From: Acidimicrobiales bacterium mtb01
Lineage (GTDB): Bacteria > Actinomycetota > Acidimicrobiia > Acidimicrobiales > Ilumatobacteraceae
Reading direction: 5' to 3'
Length of the DNA: 64,000 nucleotides
NCBI GenBank assembly: GCA_004379135.1
Contig: NBNI01000006.1
Span: 249,160 to 313,159, forward strand
The notes under the pieces: generated by a model
The model's input: the letters and a program-made list of their open reading frames with translations, nothing else
What the model was told of the DNA's origin: nothing
Database searches by the model: none
Translations under genes and position numbers: made by a program
Part shown: positions 36,145 to 43,402 of the stretch, in pieces
Position numbering within the stretch: position 1 is the first letter of the stretch
Layout: each line of letters begins with the position of its first letter

Positions 36145-37316
36145 TAGAGCTCACCTCGGAATGCCGCCTCAAGAACCGACTGGCGTAGTTCAGATAACAG
36201 CTTCAAACGTCTTGCAACGTTCATTCTGAGTCGATGGACCTGCTCCTCTAGCGTCCGTACCCGGGAAGCAAAGCGTTCCTGGACGTCCCTTGGTGGCACC
36301 GGGATTGACACGCCTGCCACCAATGCGGAATTCAGGTTCTGGACGGTAGAGCCTTGAGCTCGCAGGCTGAACTCCGAGTACATCGTTGTCGAACCCAGCA
36401 AGTAGTAGAGATAGTCCTGATCAAAACGAGAGTTCTTGTCTTGAAGAACGAGCCAACCGTCGTGAATGCATCCGTCTGTCTGCATTATGTAGGGGCGACC
36501 AAAGCTCATCGAGTTTGACAAGAGGAAGTCTCCCGGACCGACTTTCCGTGACCGTTTCACTCCCGCCGGCTTGATCTTCTCAGAAGTCTCATAGATGTAC
36601 TTCCGGCTCGCGCTTGCGTCACCGATCTTCACCCAGTTGACGCCGTCCGCGTCGTCAGTAATGTACTCAGAGATGGGCCGAGGTGACCCTCCCCGAGCCA
36701 CTTCCAGAACGTCTCCAATGAGTTTCTCCTCATAGCGCTCACTCAGATCACGGATGGCAGCTGACACTTCGCTATCAAGTGCCTCGCTCGCCCGGAGCTC
36801 TGCTGAACGGTAAGTGCGTTCAAGACAGTCGGCCCTTTCGAGGAGTTGATCAAGTTTCGCTGCAATGCGCTTCTGTTCGGTAAGAGACGGAACAGGGATC
36901 TCGAACTCACGAAGTGCTTGAGGGCTGATTCGCGGGAGAGTTGCGCCGGTGGATTTCTCGGTGGCCTCCGAGATAACCCTTGGGCTACGAAGCCAGTGGA
37001 AGAGGTAGTCACGGTCTAGTTCAGTGGACGGGGCAACGGTGATGATGTCGGTGCTACACACTCCAGGGTGAGTGGGCCGGGCGACCTTGGCGAGATATGG
37101 GCGGAGTTTGCCAAACAGAACGTGTGTCGTATCGAACCGATACTTGTTGCTTCGCAGATCTGTTGCAGCGACGGCCCCGAGATTGATCAGCGCGCCGTCA
37201 CTTCCGATGTTCTCGAGACCGACGTAGACGTCTGATTCACGCAGTTGCTCAGGACGTACCGACTCACCGTCAATGTTCGCCACCTCGCCAAGCTTCTTGA
37301 TTGGTGTACTGCTCAC
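36144..37316 (-). CDS. hsdS: type I restriction-modification specificity subunit
   Basis: 390 aa from GTG 37316, which overlaps the hsdM TGA as GTGA. It has two target-recognition domains. The conserved spacers are PVPSLTEQKRIAAKLDQLL and IPVPPRDVQERFASRV. This is the most A/T-rich stretch of the window. The 671-aa track ORF is an artefactual extension. Confidence 0.9.
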   Translation of the reverse strand: MSSTPIKKLGEVANIDGESVRPEQLRESDVYVGLENIGSDGALINLGAVAATDLRSNKYRFDTTHVLFGKLRPYLAKVARPTHPGVCSTDIITVAPSTELDRDYLFHWLRSPRVISEATEKSTGATLPRISPQALREFEIPVPSLTEQKRIAAKLDQLLERADCLERTYRSAELRASEALDSEVSAAIRDLSERYEEKLIGDVLEVARGGSPRPISEYITDDADGVNWVKIGDASASRKYIYETSEKIKPAGVKRSRKVGPGDFLLSNSMSFGRPYIMQTDGCIHDGWLVLQDKNSRFDQDYLYYLLGSTTMYSEFSLRAQGSTVQNLNSALVAGVSIPVPPRDVQERFASRVRTLEEQVHRLRMNVARRLKLLSELRQSVLEAAFRGEL

Positions 37317-38824
37317 GACAGCAGACCCTTGATGTTCGCTATGAGTGCTGCTGCTTCTGCGTCGAGAGATTCGAGTTCGGCGAGGATCTCCGCAGGTGTG
37401 CCGAGCTGTTTGGGGCCTTCGGCGTTGGGGTTGCGCACAGTGAGGTCCCAGGTTTTCGGGTCGACGTCCTTGATGTCGACGGTCCAGGAGTTCGGTCCGT
37501 CGGTCTTGGTTTTCGAGAGCGAGACGAACTCCGCGAGGTCGTCGTCGTTGAGTGGGCTGGTCTTGCCGAAGTTCCGTCCCGGGTTGAGCTGGTAGTACCA
37601 GATCTTCTTGGTCGCGGTGCCTTTCTCGAAGAAGAGAACGATCGTGCGCACGCCGGCACCTTGGAAGGTGCCCCCGGGGAGGTCGAGGATGGTGTATAGG
37701 TTGCAGCTTGTCAGCAAGTGCTTTCGCAGTTCGACCGAAGCGTTGTCGGTGTTGGACAGGAAGGTGTTCTTGATGACCACGCCGGCGCGGCCCTTGACCT
37801 TCAAGATCTTGATGAAGTGTTGCAGGAACAGGTACGCGGTCTCGGATGACTTGATCGGGAAGTTCTGCTGCACTTCCCCGCGTTCCTTGCCGCCGAACGG
37901 CGGGTTCGCCAGGATGACGTTGTGGCGGTCTTTCTCTTGGATCTCGTCGATGTTCTGCGCGAGCGTGTTGGTGTGCAGGACGTTCGGTGCGTCGATGCCG
38001 TGCAGGATCATATTCATCACCGCGATGACGTACGCGAGTGACTTCTTCTCCCGGCCGTAGAACGTCTTCTCCTGCAGAGTCTTGAGGTTCGATGTAGTGA
38101 GCCCGGTCTTGGCCGAGAGATGTTCGAAGGCTTCGCAGAGAAAGCCTGCCGACCCGCACGCCCCGTCGTAGATCGTCTCGCCGATCTGGGGGTCGACGAC
38201 GTCGATGATCGCGCGGATCAACGGGCGTGGTGTGTAGTACTCGCCGCCGTTGCGTCCGGCGTTGCCCATATTCTTGATCTTGACTTCGTAAAGGTCCGAC
38301 AGTTCGTGCTTCTGGACCTGCGACTTGAAGGTGAGCTTGTCGAGCTCGTTGATGACGTCACGCAGGTTGTAGCCGGAGCTGATGCGGTTGCGGATCTCGT
38401 CGAAGATCTCGCCGATCTTGTACTCGATGGTGTTGCTCGCTGCGGCGCGCTGCTTGAAGCCGCGCAGGTATGGGAAGAGTTTGTCGTTGACGAAATCGAG
38501 TAAGTCAGGTCCGGTCTGCTGCTTGTGGTGGTCCGGGCTACCGTCGGTCTTGCGTGGTGCTGCCCAAGTCGTCCAGCGGTACGCCGGTTCGAGGATGTGT
38601 TCGTACTTCTTGCCGGTGAGTGCCGCTTCCTGCGCGCGTGATTCCTCGAGTGCGTCGAGGTACTTGAGAAAGAGCAGCCACGAGGACTGTTCGGTGTAGT
38701 CGAGTTCCGAGGTGCAGCCGGCGTCCTTGTGCAGGATGTCGTCGACGTTCTTGAAGACCTGCTGGTAGCCGTTCGTCGCTACCTTCGCGATGGTTGTCTT
38801 CGATGTCGTTGTCTTGGCCGCCAT
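37313..38824 (-). CDS. hsdM: type I restriction-modification N6-adenine DNA methyltransferase subunit
   Basis: 503 aa. HsdM_N is present. AdoMet motif I is YDGACGSAGFL and motif IV is ILANPPFGG. AAGGAG lies 7 nt upstream. Confidence 0.93.
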   Translation of the reverse strand: MAAKTTTSKTTIAKVATNGYQQVFKNVDDILHKDAGCTSELDYTEQSSWLLFLKYLDALEESRAQEAALTGKKYEHILEPAYRWTTWAAPRKTDGSPDHHKQQTGPDLLDFVNDKLFPYLRGFKQRAAASNTIEYKIGEIFDEIRNRISSGYNLRDVINELDKLTFKSQVQKHELSDLYEVKIKNMGNAGRNGGEYYTPRPLIRAIIDVVDPQIGETIYDGACGSAGFLCEAFEHLSAKTGLTTSNLKTLQEKTFYGREKKSLAYVIAVMNMILHGIDAPNVLHTNTLAQNIDEIQEKDRHNVILANPPFGGKERGEVQQNFPIKSSETAYLFLQHFIKILKVKGRAGVVIKNTFLSNTDNASVELRKHLLTSCNLYTILDLPGGTFQGAGVRTIVLFFEKGTATKKIWYYQLNPGRNFGKTSPLNDDDLAEFVSLSKTKTDGPNSWTVDIKDVDPKTWDLTVRNPNAEGPKQLGTPAEILAELESLDAEAAALIANIKGLLS

Positions 38825-38982
38825 TGGTCTGCTCCTTTTGGGAGCACTGTTCCGCGGCCGCCGCTTGCGGCATTTGTCCCCGTCTCTGGCTCCGATCGGC
38901 GTTCGACAACCCGGCTCGTACCGGGACGTTTCTGCGCCTTGCGAAAGCCTATGACTCGGGTGAGACAGGGTGTGTTTCTCTT

Positions 38983-39333
38983 CTAAGACAGTGTGAGTTT
39001 CAGCTCGGCACCGTCATCAAACACCGGGATGATCTGGACGCCGAGTTCTACCGCCCATTTCATTGCGTCACCGATGTCGATCGGGGTCTGGCCGTGGAGT
39101 TTGCGGGTCAGCCAGGCCGGGTCCTCCCCGATCCGATCCGCCAGGTCGGCAGTGGTCTCGCCAGCGGCGCGGAGTTCGAGCATCACCGCCACCGCGGCCC
39201 GGTGCTGAAAGATCGCCCACGCGGTTTCGGTTGGGTCGAGCGGGCAGGGGTCTGCCCATTGTGGGGTTGGGATTCGCCCGAAATGGCGGGGGTTCGCACA
39301 GATTCGGGCGGGTTTGAACCTCGGCTTTCCCAC
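38983..39333 (-). CDS. small XRE/Cro-like HTH protein upstream of hsdM (start uncertain)
   Basis: The HTH-like stretch is AVAVMLELRAAGETTADLADRIGEDPAWLTRKLHGQTPIDIGDAMKWAVELG. The N-terminal part of track ORF 38983..39444 runs through an A/T-rich promoter-like region, so I chose an internal GTG. Confidence 0.5.
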   Translation of the reverse strand: MGKPRFKPARICANPRHFGRIPTPQWADPCPLDPTETAWAIFQHRAAVAVMLELRAAGETTADLADRIGEDPAWLTRKLHGQTPIDIGDAMKWAVELGVQIIPVFDDGAELKLTLS

Positions 39334-39336
39334 CCA

Positions 39337-39366
39337 TTGATAATGGCATACCAACAGGTGTATTTT
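39337..39366 (+). promoter_or_regulatory. candidate promoter for the recombinase/transposase-like gene pair
   Basis: TTGATA, an 18-nt spacer, then TATTTT. It sits in a locally A/T-rich divergent intergenic region. Confidence 0.3.
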
Positions 39367-39376
39367 ACGCCTTTTC

Positions 39377-40378
39377 TTGCTATCTTCGAGTGCTCGTGAA
39401 TGCCCTGTGGGCACCTTGACCGGAGTGACCGCCGCCGACACCACCTCGACGTTCTCAGCCTCGACCTCTCAGCCGACCGATCCCGGATGCTCGCCGGGAT
39501 ATGTCGGGATTGTCGCGACGTACGACCCGCGGAAGTCGAAGTTTGCGCTCTGCGCCCCAGCGGAGTGGGAGGTCGTCGCCCCGGTGGTCCGCGCCACGGT
39601 CGCCAGGTTGGAGGGTTTCGCGGATCGTGGGCTCCGGCCGTATCTCACCGCGATGACCCGGCTCTCGGTCTGGGCTCTCCGGGAGGGCCTCCCTCTCGTG
39701 CCGGCGTCTCTTCTCTCTGATCCGGTAATCGAGGCGCACGTCGCGACCCTTGATGCGAATGCCGGGACTTTCCGTTCGCAGTTGCGGCGTCTCGCGGCCG
39801 CGAACGGTGTGGCACTCGGGTCGACCGCTGTCGGTTACGCCCGGCCCGGTTACTCCGCTCCGTACACGCTCGACGAGGTGCGTGCGCTGCTGTTGTTCGC
39901 ATCGTCACTCACAAATGAGATCCGTCGTCGGCAGCTCACCGGTCTGCTGCTTCTCGGCGCGGCGTGCGGTTTCTCCCGTGCTGATCTCCGGGGAGTATGC
40001 AATGGCGACGTGCATCATCACAGTGGTGTCCGTTATGTGCGGACCCGGAATCGTTGCACCCCGATCCTCGAGGATTTCTCCGCTGACTTCGATGCGTATC
40101 TGTCGTGGTGTGGGGATGAACCGTTTGTCGGGGTGAAGCCCGGCGCGAACATCACCGACCGGATGGTTTCCTGGGTCGGTGAGCGTGCCGGTCTGCCGCG
40201 ACTCTCTGCCGACCGGCTGCGGGCGTTCTTCGTTGTCGAGCATCTGCGTCGCAACACGCCGCTTCCCTCGCTGCTCGCATACTGCGGTTTCGCAAGCCTT
40301 GAGGCGCTTGACCCTTATCTCGCGTTTCTTCCCGCGTCGACCCCACTTTGCGGGTCTTGTGAGGAAGGTTCGCTGTGA
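39377..40378 (+). CDS. degenerate tyrosine-recombinase-like protein
   Basis: 333 aa. The layout is recombinase-like: LLLGAACGFSRADL (Arg I), ADRLRAFFVVEHL in place of HxLRH, and CGFASLEALDPYL (candidate Tyr). Both His positions appear substituted. The start is uncertain (TTG 39377 or downstream GTGs). Confidence 0.5.
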   Translation: MLSSSARECPVGTLTGVTAADTTSTFSASTSQPTDPGCSPGYVGIVATYDPRKSKFALCAPAEWEVVAPVVRATVARLEGFADRGLRPYLTAMTRLSVWALREGLPLVPASLLSDPVIEAHVATLDANAGTFRSQLRRLAAANGVALGSTAVGYARPGYSAPYTLDEVRALLLFASSLTNEIRRRQLTGLLLLGAACGFSRADLRGVCNGDVHHHSGVRYVRTRNRCTPILEDFSADFDAYLSWCGDEPFVGVKPGANITDRMVSWVGERAGLPRLSADRLRAFFVVEHLRRNTPLPSLLAYCGFASLEALDPYLAFLPASTPLCGSCEEGSL

Positions 40379-41868
40379 ACACGGCTGACGTCAGGCGCGC
40401 AGAGCGCATCATCGACGCTTCCGGTCTCGTTGCGATGATCGAGACGCGGATTGCCGCGACTAGGCGGGTCTCTGGTCGTCCCCGCGAACTCTCGGTGCGA
40501 ACGCTTCTGGTTGCGCTGCTGCTGTTGTCCCAGTCCGGTTCGATGCATCTGATTCGTGTCCCGGGGATACTCAACGCTCTCGATCTGCCGACGCGCAAGC
40601 GGCTCGGAGTCGTTCGTACAGGTGGTGTCACCCGCCGCCAGGTTGAGCGCCTCTTCAACTTGGTCGCGCACGCTCTCGAGGGTTCGGCTCACGCGCATTT
40701 CGATTCCTTCTGTGATCTCTTGCTGCAGGCCACGATCGATCCGGCGTGCGCGGAGACGAGTTCGATCGCTGTTGACGGAACGAGCGTCGATTCCTGGGGA
40801 CGTCGCCGGCGGCGCGTCGACGTTGCGGGCCAGGTCTCTTGGGTGTCTTCGGATACCGATGCAGAGTGGCGTCGCAAGAGCAAAGACAACCCGTGGAAGC
40901 GTCCGGTGTTCGGCTACGACCTCACCGTCGCGGTGACCGTTCCTGAAATTGACGGCCCTGATGTGCCGCTTGCCGCGCGTTCGATGCGCTTCCGCGGCGC
41001 GAACCGTCAGAACGTCGCGATGGGGCGCGCGGTCGTGAAGGAAGTTGCCCGTCAGCAGGGTGTGCTCGGTGATGTGATCGCGGACCGCGAGTACACCTCG
41101 ACGATCGATGGGCGTGACTTCGTGCTCCCGGTTCGTGCCCTCGGTGGTGAGCCGGTGTTCGAACTGACACAAGCCCAGCTCGGTGCGCGTGGCACCACGC
41201 ACGGCGCGGTGATGATCGACGGTCATCCGTTCTCTCCGTCGGTGCCGCCGGCGCTGCAGCTGCTCACACCGCCGCCGCCGGGTGCGCCGTGGGCAGATGT
41301 TGCTGCGTACCAGCAGAAGGTCGCAACGCGCGAGAAGTACGCGCTCGTCCCGCACGGTGCTCGCAAAGCGAACGGCTCGCAGGTGTTCCAATGTCCGGCT
41401 TCGGCTGGGAAGCTCTCGTGTCCGTTGGTTGCCTCCTCAAAAGCCAGTGCGTTCCCGGCGGTGCTCGCCCCCGCGAGTGCAGCACCTGGCTCGGTGTGCG
41501 CCAAGAAGTTCACGACTTTCCAAGCAACCGATGCGCCGCTCTCGCAGCGCGACTTGTTCGGATCCGCGAAGTGGTATGCGTCGATGTCACGGCGCTCGCG
41601 TGTCGAAGGGTTCTTCGGGAACGTCAAGAACGAGGCGTGCGAGAACCTTCGTCGCGGCACGATTCGTGTGCGTGGTCTCGTGAAGACCGGGATGCTTGTT
41701 GCGTTCGCAGTCGCGAGCACCAACCTGCGTCTCGCGGACTCCTTCGCGAAGCGCACACCGAACACGCCGGCGAAGAAACGTGGCCGTCCGAAGAAGACCG
41801 GTGTCGTCAAATACGCCGACGTCTTCACCGCGGACGCTGCCGCGAACGCCCCGCCGTCTGCCGCCTGA
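40375..41868 (+). CDS. IS4-superfamily DDE (YREK-motif) transposase-like protein
   Basis: 497 aa. GTG 40375 overlaps the upstream stop as GTGA, with GAGGAAGG 7 nt upstream. Candidate catalytic residues lie in AVDGTSVDSWG and FGYDLTVAV. The C-terminal YREK-like block is WYASMSRRSRVEGFFGNVKN...RGL. Confidence 0.65.
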   Translation: MNTADVRRAERIIDASGLVAMIETRIAATRRVSGRPRELSVRTLLVALLLLSQSGSMHLIRVPGILNALDLPTRKRLGVVRTGGVTRRQVERLFNLVAHALEGSAHAHFDSFCDLLLQATIDPACAETSSIAVDGTSVDSWGRRRRRVDVAGQVSWVSSDTDAEWRRKSKDNPWKRPVFGYDLTVAVTVPEIDGPDVPLAARSMRFRGANRQNVAMGRAVVKEVARQQGVLGDVIADREYTSTIDGRDFVLPVRALGGEPVFELTQAQLGARGTTHGAVMIDGHPFSPSVPPALQLLTPPPPGAPWADVAAYQQKVATREKYALVPHGARKANGSQVFQCPASAGKLSCPLVASSKASAFPAVLAPASAAPGSVCAKKFTTFQATDAPLSQRDLFGSAKWYASMSRRSRVEGFFGNVKNEACENLRRGTIRVRGLVKTGMLVAFAVASTNLRLADSFAKRTPNTPAKKRGRPKKTGVVKYADVFTADAAANAPPSAA

Positions 41869-41936
41869 CTCGCACCGCACTCTGATGCGCGCTCGAGGTT
41901 CTCCTCGCACGCCCTGACACTGATCACACCGCACCT

Positions 41937-41959
41937 CGGCCGCCTTCGGGCGGCCGTTT
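41937..41959 (+). terminator. intrinsic terminator after the transposase-like gene
   Basis: cggccgcc ttcg ggcggccg, followed by ttt. Confidence 0.55.
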
Positions 41960-42006
41960 CGCATCCACCGGACGGTCCGTTGCGACAAGGCGACCTCGAG
42001 AAAGCA

Positions 42007-42042
42007 GAAGTCCCGGTTGCTGTTTCCAGAAACCGGGACTTC
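42007..42042. terminator. 12+3-bp hairpin 36 nt from the tRNA 3' end (island-borne replacement terminator or att-proximal structure)
   Basis: gaagtcccggtt g ctg tttc cag a aaccgggacttc. On the minus strand it is followed by tgctttctc. Confidence 0.45.
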
Positions 42043-42078
42043 GGTGCTCGATGCACACCCACTTGGGTGCACACCTCT

Positions 42079-42155
<77 letters not shown>

Positions 42156-42166
42156 TTGACCGGGTC

Positions 42167-42195
42167 AGCCTAGGGGTCGGTCGGGTTCTCTCCAA
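42167..42195 (-). promoter_or_regulatory. candidate tRNA promoter
   Basis: On the minus strand: TTGGAG, a 17-nt spacer, then TAGGCT, ending 11 nt before the mature tRNA 5' end. Confidence 0.35.
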
Positions 42196-42203
42196 CGCCC
42201 CGA

Positions 42204-42929
42204 TCAGGACATGTCTCCGCGCTCGCGCGGAATCATCCAGTCGAGGACCTCGAGCAACTTCTCGGTCAGACGCTTGGACGCCATCGACAAGTTGGCGTTG
42301 AACTGGTCGGCCGTCGCGGTCGGATGATCGACCAGGTCGGTGATCGCCTTCAGCGCCATGAACGGCACCGACATCTGCTCGCACACGTACCCCACCGCGG
42401 CCGCCTCCATGTCCTTAACCGCTGCGCCCGACGCGGAAATCATGAGACGGTCGTCGTCGTTCTCGTCGAGAGAGTTGCTGGTGGTCACGATGCCCGTCTT
42501 CAATCCGAGCGTCGATGCCATCTGTCGTGCGGGCAGAACGGGGTACGCGCCGATTCCGTATTCACGGAATCCTTCGAGGGCGATCCTCCGATCGTGATGC
42601 ACGACGCAGCCATCGCTCACGTACACGTCGCCGATCGCGCCGCCAGCGCGCTCCCATGCCCCGGCGGTTCCGGCCGAGATCACCACTTCGGGTCGGAATC
42701 GATCGATGGCCACGTACGTGCTCAGCGCCGCCGGCTCGGTCCCGATGGAATCGACACCGAAGCGGCGGTCGCGGCCGTTCAACGCGATCAGAATCTCGGC
42801 GCGATGTCGCGTGGCCGTGAACCAACGCACCACCAACGGTGCCACTCCGGTGGCGGCTTCGGCGGAGAGCGCGGTGAGCACCGGGGAGGCCTCGGCACTC
42901 ATGGCCATCACGACCGCGATGCGCTTCAT
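42204..42929 (-). CDS. mtnN: 5'-methylthioadenosine/S-adenosylhomocysteine nucleosidase (PNP_UDP_1 family)
   Basis: 241 aa. Motifs IAVVMAMSAEASP, VISAGTAGA, VKDMEAAAV and MALKAITDLVD closely parallel MTA nucleosidases. Confidence 0.85.
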   Translation of the reverse strand: MKRIAVVMAMSAEASPVLTALSAEAATGVAPLVVRWFTATRHRAEILIALNGRDRRFGVDSIGTEPAALSTYVAIDRFRPEVVISAGTAGAWERAGGAIGDVYVSDGCVVHHDRRIALEGFREYGIGAYPVLPARQMASTLGLKTGIVTTSNSLDENDDDRLMISASGAAVKDMEAAAVGYVCEQMSVPFMALKAITDLVDHPTATADQFNANLSMASKRLTEKLLEVLDWMIPRERGDMS

Positions 42930-42982
42930 GAACGAATCGTAGAGCCCCGCTCGAGGTGCGATCGGCGACTACTTTTTGACGA

Positions 42983-43396
42983 GTGGGACTCTTCGGTCGA
43001 TCAAAGAAAGCCAGGCAGGCCGAACTCGACGCGGTGCGCGCTCAGATCGCGGCCATCAGCGATCAAGTGAATGCTCTCGTCGGCAGCGAGACGGCTCACC
43101 GCGAACAACTCGAGGCTCTGCTCGCCCGCCTCAACGGTCTCGACGCTCGGATCGTCCAAGTCGGCCACGAAGTCACCCATCAACTCGGTGAATTGTCCGG
43201 CGACATCGACACCCTGTCGGCTCGGTCGAACCAACTGGCAACCGACATGGGCGAACTGACGGCGCTGCCCCAGATGGTCGACGGCGTGAAGAGCGATCAG
43301 GCCCGCCTGGCCAACGAGCAGGCCCGCTACGAGATCGCCTTCCGCCAAGATCTGGCCGAGATCGTCGAGATGCTCACCAAGCGCCGCTCGGCCTGA
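42983..43396 (+). CDS. coiled-coil protein, function unknown
   Basis: 137 aa, heptad-rich (QAELDAVRAQIAAISDQVNAL...). Confidence 0.55.
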   Translation: MGLFGRSKKARQAELDAVRAQIAAISDQVNALVGSETAHREQLEALLARLNGLDARIVQVGHEVTHQLGELSGDIDTLSARSNQLATDMGELTALPQMVDGVKSDQARLANEQARYEIAFRQDLAEIVEMLTKRRSA

Positions 43397-43402
43397 CGCG
43401 CA

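Noticed and set aside
36144-38159. 671-aa track ORF spanning hsdS and part of hsdM
   Set aside because: The N-terminal 281 codons are an out-of-frame read through hsdM, with an R/P/H-rich composition. The real hsdS starts at GTG 37316, which overlaps the hsdM stop.
39305-39330. tRNA-like T-arm string gggtttgaacc near the island HTH gene
   Set aside because: The flanking bases do not form a T-stem or an acceptor stem, so there is no cloverleaf.
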